The position numbers and the translations under genes were made by a program. Under the pieces are notes generated by a model. The model ran no database searches, was not told the DNA's origin, and worked only from the letters and a program-made list of their open reading frames with translations. DNA of 64,000 bases from Chloroflexota bacterium. GTDB lineage: Bacteria; Chloroflexota; UBA6077; FW602-bin22; DAOUAE01. Where the stretch lies: the NCBI GenBank assembly GCA_034433795.1, contig DAOUAE010000013.1, forward strand, positions 1 through 64,000, read 5' to 3'. This document shows, in pieces, positions 49,975 to 57,776 of the stretch; within the stretch, counting starts at the first letter, position 1, and every line of letters starts with the position of its first letter.

Positions 49975-50345
49975 TAACGAAAAGGCTCTCGTCCCAAGGG
50001 ACGAGAGCCGCCGCTGCTCCCGCGGTACCACCCTTATTGATGGGGCCAGAGGAGGACCGCTCCACCCGATCAAAAATCCCGTCCCGGTGAGGGACGGGAT
50101 AAACCGGATCCCGCGGTACCACCCTGCCTTGATGGGGCCCTGACCCCATCCACTCTGGGCGCTCTATCGGGCGCCAGGCGACAGAGACCTACTGAGCGAC
50201 CGCCGTTCGGTCCCGTTGCTCCGGGGCGAGTTCCGGGAGGCCCCACCACCGGGCTCGCACCTTCCCCCGGCTCTCTGCCGGCGGGCCGATCCCGTACTAC
50301 TCCCCATCAACGCAACGCCGTATGCGGTTGTGCTGGTCGGAGTTT
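49975..50345 (-). promoter_or_regulatory. T-box riboswitch leader of the ilv-leu-cimA operon (putative Leu CUC specifier), with duplicated T-box/terminator module
   Basis: Minus strand holds two T-box consensus sequences: AAGGCAGGGUGGUACCGCGG (rev-comp of 50111-50130) and AUAAGGGUGGUACCGCGG (rev-comp of 50021-50040). Each is followed by an intrinsic terminator (AUCCCGUCCC-UCACC-GGGACGGGAU-UUUUG; GGCUCUCGUCCC-UUG-GGGACGAGAGCC-UUUUCG). Upstream Stem-I-like region shows AGUAGUAC, AGAGAG and GGAACUCGCC (CUC followed by G). Confidence 0.7.
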
Positions 50346-50531
50346 TACCAGAAGCGGGCGGTATTGTCAAGCCCGAAAATCGCGGCCGGTTTGCCGTGGA
50401 GCGCGTCTTTCCGCCGGCGACCGCTTGGCCCGTCGGGCGCTCAGCTTTGAGGACCCGGGCGAGGAGCGGCGGGCTCTGCTATAGTAGCCTCCAGGGATGT
50501 CCGGGCTTTCGACCGGCGTGGAGGAGGTCAT

Positions 50532-52571
50532 ATGACCTGCGCGACCGTTCTCTGCCCCGGAGTGGCGCTCCAGGTCCTCGTCTACGGTCTCACCAACGGC
50601 GCGATCATCGCCCTGATGGCTCTGGGCTTCACCCTGGCCTACAGTGCCGTGCGGACGGTCAACTTCGCCTATGGCGATCTGTTCGCCCTGACCACCGTTC
50701 TGGTGGCACTGCTCATCGGCCGGCTCGGCCTGACCCCGGAGAGCCCCTGGGGAGCGCTCCTCGCCGGTCTCGGCGCCGCCCTCGGCCTGGCGCTGCTCTT
50801 CGGGGCGCTGCTCAACACGGTGGTGGAGCACGCCGCTTTTCGTCCCTTTGCGGCCGGCGCGCCCTCGGCACCGCTCATCGCCAGCGTCGGCCTCTCGTTC
50901 GTCCTTTATCAGGGCGCCCTCTGGCTGCGCCTGGTCCTGCCGGAGACGGCGGCGGGGACCTTTCGACCGCACCATGGAGCGCCGGAGGTTCCCCGTTTAG
51001 CCGTCCCGGACCTTCTGCCGACGGCCGATCTCCTCGGTTCAGTCGCACCCACGCTCGGGGTTACGTATACGGTTAAAGATGCGGTGGTCGTGCTGCTGGC
51101 GACGGGGCTGGCCCTGGGGGTCGACCGCTTTCTGGCGCGAACGGCCATCGGCCGGGCGCTGCGGGCCAGCGCCCAGCATCCCACACTGGCCTGGCTCTGC
51201 GGCGTCGCGCCACGCCAGGCGGCGCGCTGGGCTTTCGCGCTGGGCGGTCTCCTCGCCGGCGCGGCGGCTTTTCTCTTCGTCCTCTACTATAACGGCGTCT
51301 ACGGTCAACACGGGGCGCTCAGTGGTCTGGCGGCGTTCACGGCGGCCGCTCTGGGTGGACTGGGCCGCCCGCGCGGCGCTCTCGTCGGCGGACTGCTGCT
51401 GGGACTGCTCGCGGCGGCGAGCGATTACCTGCTGGCTCCCCGCTGGACCCCGGTCCTCACCCTCACCCTGCTGGTGGTTCTCATGGTTTGGCGCCGACCC
51501 GATCCGGCGGAGGTCGCTGAGCCCCCGCCAGGCCCGCCTCCGCCGGGTGGCGTTCCGGGAGGACGCTGGGTGGCCGCCGGCCTTCTGGTCGCTGGCCTGA
51601 TCTATCCCCTGCTCGACACCGTCCTGGGGTTGCGTCTGCAGGTGACGGTGGTCAGCCTGCTGCTCCTGGCCCTGCTGGCGGGAGGATTGAATCTGCTCTT
51701 CAGTCTGGCCGGGCTCATCGATCTGGGCTACGCCGCCTTTTTCGCCGTCGGCGGCTACACAGCGGCCCTGCTGGCGCCGGCGCTGTGGCGGTGGACCCGT
51801 TCCCTGTTTCTGCTCGACGAAGTGGTGATCGTCCTGATCCTGGGCGCGGGTGTCACTGCTCTGATCGGGGCGGTGGTCAGCGCCCCCGTCCTGCGGCTGC
51901 GCCGCGACGATCTGGCGATCGCCACCCTGGCTTTCGGCGAGATCGTGCCGCGTCTTCTCCTGAATCTCGACGAGTGGACCGGTGGTCCACGGGGGATCGC
52001 TGCCGTTCCGCTGCCGCGTCTGCTGGGCTGGGAACTGGCGACTCCTATCGCCTGGCACTACCTGGTTCTGACGCTCGTCGTGCTGACCGGGGTGGCGAGC
52101 CAGCGGCTGGCAGTCTCGCGGCTGGGCCGCGCCTGGAGGGCCGGTGGGCAGGATGAAGTGGCGGCGGCCAGTTGCGGGGTCGCCCTGGTGCAGAGCAAGC
52201 TCCTGGCCTTCGCGTTGAGTGCCGGTGTCGCCGGTCTGGCGGGGGCCCTCTTTGCGCGCCTCTTCGGCTATGTCGAGCCCGGCCACTTCGATTTCACCGT
52301 CTCGGCGATGGTGCTGGCGACGGTCGTTGTCGGCGGCGGCCGGGCTGGCCCCGGCCCGCTCCTGGGAGCGCTCCTTATCGGCGGCTACGACCGGCTGGCT
52401 CTCCCCCTTCTTGAGGCCGGACTGGGGCGGTTCGGAGCGGTCGCCGGCCTCTCTCTCCCGCCGGCGCCGGATCTGCGGGCCTTGAACTTTCTCGTCTTCG
52501 GGCTCGCTCTCTACCTTACGGTCCTCTGGCGGGCCGGCCCTATCCGGACCCACCGGACGGGCGAGGGGTGA
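50532..52571 (+). CDS. branched-chain amino acid ABC transporter permease, fused LivH-LivM
   Basis: 679 aa. N-terminal half is LivH-like (GFTLAYSAVRTVNFAYGD). C-terminal half is LivM-like (GLIDLGYAAFFAVGGYTAALL). RBS GGAGGAGG. No ATPase or SBP genes adjacent. Confidence 0.8.
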   Translation: MTCATVLCPGVALQVLVYGLTNGAIIALMALGFTLAYSAVRTVNFAYGDLFALTTVLVALLIGRLGLTPESPWGALLAGLGAALGLALLFGALLNTVVEHAAFRPFAAGAPSAPLIASVGLSFVLYQGALWLRLVLPETAAGTFRPHHGAPEVPRLAVPDLLPTADLLGSVAPTLGVTYTVKDAVVVLLATGLALGVDRFLARTAIGRALRASAQHPTLAWLCGVAPRQAARWAFALGGLLAGAAAFLFVLYYNGVYGQHGALSGLAAFTAAALGGLGRPRGALVGGLLLGLLAAASDYLLAPRWTPVLTLTLLVVLMVWRRPDPAEVAEPPPGPPPPGGVPGGRWVAAGLLVAGLIYPLLDTVLGLRLQVTVVSLLLLALLAGGLNLLFSLAGLIDLGYAAFFAVGGYTAALLAPALWRWTRSLFLLDEVVIVLILGAGVTALIGAVVSAPVLRLRRDDLAIATLAFGEIVPRLLLNLDEWTGGPRGIAAVPLPRLLGWELATPIAWHYLVLTLVVLTGVASQRLAVSRLGRAWRAGGQDEVAAASCGVALVQSKLLAFALSAGVAGLAGALFARLFGYVEPGHFDFTVSAMVLATVVVGGGRAGPGPLLGALLIGGYDRLALPLLEAGLGRFGAVAGLSLPPAPDLRALNFLVFGLALYLTVLWRAGPIRTHRTGEG

Positions 52572-52575
52572 GGCG

Positions 52576-53730
52576 TCAGTACAGCAGCACCGGCCGGCAG
52601 CGCTCCCAGAAGGCGCGGAGATCGGCCCGCCAGCGCTCCACCAGCGCGGCCGGCGGCTCGCCTAGCTCCAGCGCCCGCCGGACCGCCTCGGTGCCGGCCA
52701 GCCGGTCGATGGGATACTGGCCGGGTGGGGATTCCCTCCAGGCGAAGCGGTCGGGCGCCTGGGCCCGGACCGCCCACAGCACCGCCAGCCCGGTGAGGAC
52801 CGGGTCGACGCGCTGACGGTCGCTGACATGCACGTAAACCCCACCACAGACCTGCCCGGCGTGCTTGCTGAACGTGGGCACGAAGTAGACGGGTCGGAAG
52901 CGCACCCCTGGCAGCCCCTGACCGTTCAACGTGTCGGCCAGAGCGAACGGGTCGAGCCAGGGGGCTCCCACCTGGAGGAAGGGCAGCGTGGTCCCGCGCC
53001 CCTCGGAGAGGTTCGTCCCCTCGAGGAGACAGGTGCCGGGGTAGACGATGAGCGTCTCCAGGGTGGGCAGGTTGGGCGAGAGGTTGATCCACGGCAGCCC
53101 GGTCTCGTCGTACCACAGCTCCCGCCGCCAGCCCTGCAGGGGCACCACGGTGAGGTCGACCGCCAGCCGCCGTTCGGCCACCACCAGCCGGGCCAGTTCG
53201 CCGAGCGTCAGCCCGTGGCACCAGGCGATCGGGTGGGCGCCGACGAAGGAACGGTGCGGCGGCTCGAGGACGTTCCCACAGAGCCGTCCCCCCAGAGGAT
53301 TGGGGCGGTCGAGGATCAGCACCCGGCAGCCGGCCACAGCCGCCGCCTCCAGGACCTCGACGACTGTCGAGAAGTAGGTGAGGAAGCGCACCCCGCCGTC
53401 CTGGAGGTCCACCAGGACGGCGTCCAGCCCCTGGAGGATCGCGGGCAGCGGCGATCGCGCGGGGCCGTAAAGGCTGTAGACCGGCCGGCCGGTCGCCGGA
53501 TCGGTCTGAGTGGGCACCGGCTCGCCGGCCTGGGCGGCCCCCCACAGCCCGTGCTCGGGCGTCAGAAGCGCCTCCAGACGCAGGTCGCTGGCGGCGGCCA
53601 GGACCCGGGCGGTGGAGCGGAGGTCGGGGAGCACACCGGTCTGGTTGGTGAGGAGGCCCAGGCGCTGCCCGCGGACCCGCCAGCGCTCCTCGGCGAGCAG
53701 GCGCACGATGCCCGGTCGCACGGCCGTCAT
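52576..53730 (-). CDS. DUF1343 family protein (NamZ-like exo-beta-N-acetylmuramidase)
   Basis: Start ATG 53728-53730 (RBS GGAGGGAG; overlaps murQ stop) gives MTAVRPGIVRLLAEE...GLLTNQTGV...PEHGLWG...VDLQDGGVRFLTYFST, typical of DUF1343. The track ORF carries 224 junk residues upstream. Confidence 0.7.
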   Translation of the reverse strand: MTAVRPGIVRLLAEERWRVRGQRLGLLTNQTGVLPDLRSTARVLAAASDLRLEALLTPEHGLWGAAQAGEPVPTQTDPATGRPVYSLYGPARSPLPAILQGLDAVLVDLQDGGVRFLTYFSTVVEVLEAAAVAGCRVLILDRPNPLGGRLCGNVLEPPHRSFVGAHPIAWCHGLTLGELARLVVAERRLAVDLTVVPLQGWRRELWYDETGLPWINLSPNLPTLETLIVYPGTCLLEGTNLSEGRGTTLPFLQVGAPWLDPFALADTLNGQGLPGVRFRPVYFVPTFSKHAGQVCGGVYVHVSDRQRVDPVLTGLAVLWAVRAQAPDRFAWRESPPGQYPIDRLAGTEAVRRALELGEPPAALVERWRADLRAFWERCRPVLLY

Positions 53731-54647
53731 CACCCGTCTCCCTCCGCCTCGACCCCCAGGCGAGCCAGAGCCCGGTGGACGTGCCCTCCCGCCTGGTCGA
53801 GGGCGGCGGCGGCGGTCGCCGCGTCGACGCCGGCGCGGAGCATCACAATGGCCAGCTTGACGCGCCAGCCGGCGGCCTCGAGGGCCGCCCGGGCCGCCTC
53901 GGGCGAGGCCCCGGTCAACAGGCAGACGATCCGCTGGGCGCGGGTCCGCAGTTTCTGGTTGGTGGGCTGGAGGTCCACCATAAATGGGCCGTAGACCCGG
54001 CCCAGACGGGCCATCGCGGCGGTGGTGAGCATGTTCAGGACCATTTTCTGCGCCGTCCCGGCCTTGAGACGGGTCGAGCCGGCCAGGACCTCGGGGCCGA
54101 CGGCCACGGTGATCGTCTGGTGGGCCAGGGCGGCCAGCGGAGCGTCCGGGGTGCAGACCAGGGCCACGGTCCAGGCCCCGCGGGCCCGGGCCGTCTCCAG
54201 CGCGGCCCGGACGAACGGCGTGCGGCCGCTGGCGGTGATCCCGACCACCACATCGTCCGGGCCGATGCCGGCGGCCTGGACCGCTGTCTGAGCCTGGGCC
54301 GTATCGTCCTCGGCCCCCTCGACCGGCTGGCGAAGAGCCCTCTCCCCGCCGGCGATAAGCGCCTGAACCATCTCGGGGGGCGTGCCGAAGGTCGGCGGGC
54401 ACTCGGCCGCCTCGGCCGCGCCCAGCCGACCGCTCGTCCCGGCGCCGACGAAAAAGAGGCGGCCCCCGCGGGCCAGCCGGTCGGCCACCACCTCGACGGT
54501 GGCGGCGATGGCCGGGAGCGCCTCCTCGACCGCCTGGACGACCTTCTGGTCCTCGCGGTTCATCAGCCGGAGGAGCGCGAGGGTCGGCAGTCGGTCCAGA
54601 GGCGGCTGTTCGGGAAGAACCTGTTCGGTCAGCGGCAGATCGCCCAT
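53730..54647 (-). CDS. murQ: N-acetylmuramic acid 6-phosphate etherase
   Basis: SIS domain (LFFVGAGTSGRLG...GITASGRTP). MGDLPLTEQ start at ATG 54645-54647. Confidence 0.85.
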   Translation of the reverse strand: MGDLPLTEQVLPEQPPLDRLPTLALLRLMNREDQKVVQAVEEALPAIAATVEVVADRLARGGRLFFVGAGTSGRLGAAEAAECPPTFGTPPEMVQALIAGGERALRQPVEGAEDDTAQAQTAVQAAGIGPDDVVVGITASGRTPFVRAALETARARGAWTVALVCTPDAPLAALAHQTITVAVGPEVLAGSTRLKAGTAQKMVLNMLTTAAMARLGRVYGPFMVDLQPTNQKLRTRAQRIVCLLTGASPEAARAALEAAGWRVKLAIVMLRAGVDAATAAAALDQAGGHVHRALARLGVEAEGDG

Positions 54648-54799
54648 TCCGGGAGAGACTCTAGCCCGCCCGACGCCGGTTGTCAACCGCCAGCCGGACC
54701 GGGAGGGCGCGGCCGGCCGTCTACTTGACAATAAATCACGATCTCGGGCAGGATGATGCTGGAGGCCGCGGAGGATTCCGCGAGGGCAGGGTGTGTGCC

Positions 54800-55099
54800 A
54801 TGGGCGAGTCGACCAGCACCCCGCAGCGTGTCGCCGCGCTGGTGCGCGAGCGCACCGGTCTTTACGTGTACAGTGTGGGTGCCAGCCGTGTTCAGGCCGG
54901 GCCCGGGCAGGAGTCTCTGACGGTCTGGACCGCCTGGACCGAGCGGGGGACGTTTTATCTCATCGACGGACCGGAGCCGGTCCTCTACCGGCGGTCGTCG
55001 GCCTGCCCGACGCCTTTCGCCGCCGGCCGGCGCTATCTGGCCGAGCGGGCGGGCACCGCCCCTCGCCGGCTGGCCGAGCGGCCCGAGCCGACCGGCTGA
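54800..55099 (+). CDS. hypothetical protein (99 aa)
   Basis: ATG after GAGGGCAGGG. High GC3 in frame. No motif recognised. Confidence 0.35.
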   Translation: MGESTSTPQRVAALVRERTGLYVYSVGASRVQAGPGQESLTVWTAWTERGTFYLIDGPEPVLYRRSSACPTPFAAGRRYLAERAGTAPRRLAERPEPTG

Positions 55100-55249
55100 C
55101 CCTTGTCGCCTCGGGACAGGGTGTGATAAGGTTCCACCTGGTTGGGGGCGCGGTGGCGGCGATCCTCGAGAAGGGAGGTCTGGCTGCCCGGTGCGTCTGC
55201 GCCCCGCGCGGCCAGAGCGCGCGCCGGCCCCTGGCCGGGCTGGAGAGCC

Positions 55250-55453
55250 GTGCGAACGGGTCAGCGCGTCCGCATCAAAGAGAGCGTCCGCTTCTGGGGT
55301 GGACGTGGCGGCATCGTCGTCAACGTCGAACCCGGCGCGGTCTGGGTGCGGCTGGACCAGCCCGATGGCCGCCCGATCCACACCACCTTGCGGTTCACGC
55401 TCGATGAGGTGACGGTGGAGATGGAGCGGCCGGCCTCACCGACCAGTCCCTGA
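55250..55453 (+). CDS. hypothetical small KOW/Tudor-like beta-barrel protein (67 aa)
   Basis: Only this frame has strong GC3 bias. GQRVRIKESVRFWGGRGGIVVNVEPGAVWVRLD resembles the DUF2945/Hva1-TUDOR pattern. Start is a tentative GTG. Confidence 0.3.
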   Translation: MRTGQRVRIKESVRFWGGRGGIVVNVEPGAVWVRLDQPDGRPIHTTLRFTLDEVTVEMERPASPTSP

Positions 55454-55477
55454 CGCCGCTCCCGCCGCGGTGCGGGC

Positions 55478-55729
55478 TCAGCCCTGGAGCCGGGACCGCA
55501 CCGCGGCGACGATCTCCTCGGGTTTGGGAAACGTGCCCGACCGGAGCCGGGAGTGGACCAGTTCCCCGTCGATGCGCACCTCGAAGGCCCCGTCGAAACC
55601 GGGAACAATCCGCACCGCGTCCAGAGCCGGGCCGAACTCGCGCAGGAGCACTTCGGTCAGGCGGACCGCCTGATCTTCGTACCCTCACTCGGTGCAGTAG
55701 GTGATCTCAACGGTGACCGGCCGTTTCAT
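55478..55729 (-). CDS. selW: SelW/Rdx-family selenoprotein with in-frame UGA (Sec) in CxxU motif
   Basis: Not in ORF track. ATG 55727-55729 with perfect RBS AAGGAGA 8 nt upstream. MKRPVTVEITYCTE-U(TGA 55685-55687)-GYEDQAVRLTEVLLREFGPALDAVRIVPGFDGAFEVRIDGELVHSRLRSGTFPKPEEIVAAVRSRLQG-stop. Downstream block matches the Rdx consensus (...GGxFEVxVDGELVxSKLxxGRFPxxxEL...). Hairpin UCAGGCGG-UCC-GCCUGA starts 11 nt after the UGA (bSECIS-like, GU in apical loop). Confidence 0.7.
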
Positions 55730-55764
55730 CGCTGGCGTCTCCTTACCCAACCGAGGCTTTCTCT

Positions 55765-56790
55765 TCAGCGCGCCACGCCGGACGCCGCGGGTGTCTGGAG
55801 GGCCTGACCGAGTTCCTGGTGGTAGGCGAAGAGGGCCGGCGTGCCGCCGGTGTGGATGAAGACCACCGTCTGGTCGGATCGGATCTGGCCCCGCCGGATG
55901 TGGTCGATAAGCCCGGCCGCCGCCTTGGCGGTGTAGACCGGGTCGAGAATGATCCCTTCGGTCTGGGCGAAGAGCCGGATCGCCTCGGCCGCCGCCGGCG
56001 TCAGGACAGCGTAGCCCGGCCCGACGTAGGCGTCGCTCACCGTAAAATCCTCGGGGCCGAACGTCAGGTCCACTCCCAGCCGCCGGGCGCCCTCGGTGGC
56101 CACGCGGGCGCAGTTCTGGCGGACGACCGTGGCCGGACTGCCCGGGCTGATGCCCACCACCTGGTAGGCGGCGTGGTAGAGCCGGGCCCCCAGGACCAGC
56201 CCGCCCTGGGTGCCGCCCGAGCCGGAGGCCACGTAGACATAGTCGGCCCGGATCCCCTCCTGAGCCAGCTGCCAGGCCAGTTCGAGAGCGCAGCCGACGT
56301 AGCCCAGACAGCCGACGCCGTTTGAGCCCCCGCCGGGGATAAGGTAGGGCCGGTGGCCCCGGGCCCGCTCCCGGGCCGCGATCTCCTCCATCACCTGGGC
56401 GGCCGGCCGGTCGGGCGCGGGATCGATCAGCTGAACCTCGGCCCCCAGCAGGGCGTCCAGGAGCAGATTGCCCTGGAGTTCGTTGTGCTGGCTGCGGGTC
56501 AGGACCAGAATGCAGCGCAGGCCCAGCTGGCGGGCGGCGGCGGCGGTCTGGCGGGCGTGATTGGACTGCGCCGCCCCGACGGTCAGGACCACGTCGGCCC
56601 CCTGCCGCTGGGCGTCGGCCATCAGGTACTCCAGTTTCCGGGTCTTGTTGCCGCCGAAGGCCAGGCCCGTCAGATCGTCACGCTTGACGAAGATCTGCGG
56701 TCCGCCCAGCGCCGCCGACAGCCGGGGCGCCGGCTGGAGCGGGGTGGGCAGGGTGGCCAGCCGGACACGCGGGATCCGTTCCAGGGGCAT
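55765..56790 (-). CDS. PLP-dependent ACC deaminase / D-cysteine desulfhydrase family enzyme
   Basis: ATLPTPLQP...FVKRDDLTGLAFGGNKTRKLEYLMADA...SNHARQTAAAA. RBS AAGGAGG. Confidence 0.8.
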   Translation of the reverse strand: MPLERIPRVRLATLPTPLQPAPRLSAALGGPQIFVKRDDLTGLAFGGNKTRKLEYLMADAQRQGADVVLTVGAAQSNHARQTAAAARQLGLRCILVLTRSQHNELQGNLLLDALLGAEVQLIDPAPDRPAAQVMEEIAARERARGHRPYLIPGGGSNGVGCLGYVGCALELAWQLAQEGIRADYVYVASGSGGTQGGLVLGARLYHAAYQVVGISPGSPATVVRQNCARVATEGARRLGVDLTFGPEDFTVSDAYVGPGYAVLTPAAAEAIRLFAQTEGIILDPVYTAKAAAGLIDHIRRGQIRSDQTVVFIHTGGTPALFAYHQELGQALQTPAASGVAR

Positions 56791-56814
56791 CGCCGCCTCC
56801 TTCGCGTCGTGTTC

Positions 56815-57552
56815 TCAGAACCCGTCGTCACGCCGTGACGGACGGATGAGGATCTCGTCCACGCTGGCCCGTGGGGGCAGGGTCACGGCCAGGAGAACGG
56901 CCGCAGCCACATCCTCGGGCTGGAGCATCTCGGCCCGCGCCTCTGGCGGGGGCGGCACCGGGCGCTGATCCAGGATCGGGGTGTTGGTCTGGCCGGGAAA
57001 GATGGCGCAGGCCCGGATACCGTGCGGCCACTCCTCGAGGTTGATGGACTGGGTCAGGGCGGTCAGGGCGAATTTCGCGGCGCAGTAGGCCACTCCGGAG
57101 ACGGCGTAGGCCCGTCGCCCGGAGATCGAGGAGATGTTGACGATGGTCCCCCGCCGCTGGGCCCGCATGTAGGGGAGCACCGCCCGGACGGTGTAGAAGA
57201 CGCTGTGGACGTTGACATCGAAGGTGCGGTGCCAGTCCGCCAGGGAGATGGTGGCCAGATGCCGCTGAGGAACATTGTAGCCCTGGCTGTTGACCAGGAT
57301 ATCGATGCGGCCCCAGCGGTCGGCCGCCGCCCGGGCCATCTGCTCGGCCACCCCCGGGTCGGTGACATCGCCGGGCCAGGGGACCGCCTCCCCACCCTGG
57401 GAGGCGATGGTCTGGGCGACGGCCTCCAGCTCGTTCGCCCGCCGGGCCACCAGCAGCACCCGGGCCCCCTCACCAGCCAGGGCCAGGGCGGTGGCCCGGC
57501 CGATACCGGAACTGGCGCCGACCACGATCGCCACCTGTTCGGCCAAGCGCAT
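56815..57552 (-). CDS. SDR-family oxidoreductase
   Basis: MRLAEQVAIVVGASSGIGRATA (TGxxxGxG), NSQG, YCAAKFAL catalytic YxxxK. ATG 57550-57552 after GAGGAG. Confidence 0.8.
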   Translation of the reverse strand: MRLAEQVAIVVGASSGIGRATALALAGEGARVLLVARRANELEAVAQTIASQGGEAVPWPGDVTDPGVAEQMARAAADRWGRIDILVNSQGYNVPQRHLATISLADWHRTFDVNVHSVFYTVRAVLPYMRAQRRGTIVNISSISGRRAYAVSGVAYCAAKFALTALTQSINLEEWPHGIRACAIFPGQTNTPILDQRPVPPPPEARAEMLQPEDVAAAVLLAVTLPPRASVDEILIRPSRRDDGF

Positions 57553-57776
57553 ACGACTCCTCACCGCCGTGCAAACTGACCGCGCCCATTATAGCGGTCT
57601 GAAGGGCGTCTGTCGACCGGTGGCCACCGCTGTCCGCCCCCAGGGAAAGGTCCATCTCCGCCAGGGCTGGCCGGGCGGGGCGTCTGGAAGACGGCCGCCG
57701 AGCGTTGACGCGGGGCGGGCGACCTGTTACCCTGAGGAAGCCGACCCTGGCAGCCGCTTTCGGGAGGTGGGAGGCT

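Noticed and set aside
50011-50045. Calling the second T-box sequence a complete second T-box riboswitch.
   Set aside because: Only ~50 nt separate it from the first terminator, with no room for a Stem I/specifier domain. It is reported as a duplicated antiterminator/terminator module rather than an independent riboswitch.
55685-55687. Treating the TGA inside the SelW-like frame as a genuine stop (14-aa peptide) or the locus as a pseudogene.
   Set aside because: The frame continues for 68 codons with strong GC3 bias and a family-specific match. The TGA sits exactly at the Sec/Cys position of CxxU and a hairpin follows. Sec recoding is the more parsimonious reading, pending the presence of selABCD in the genome.
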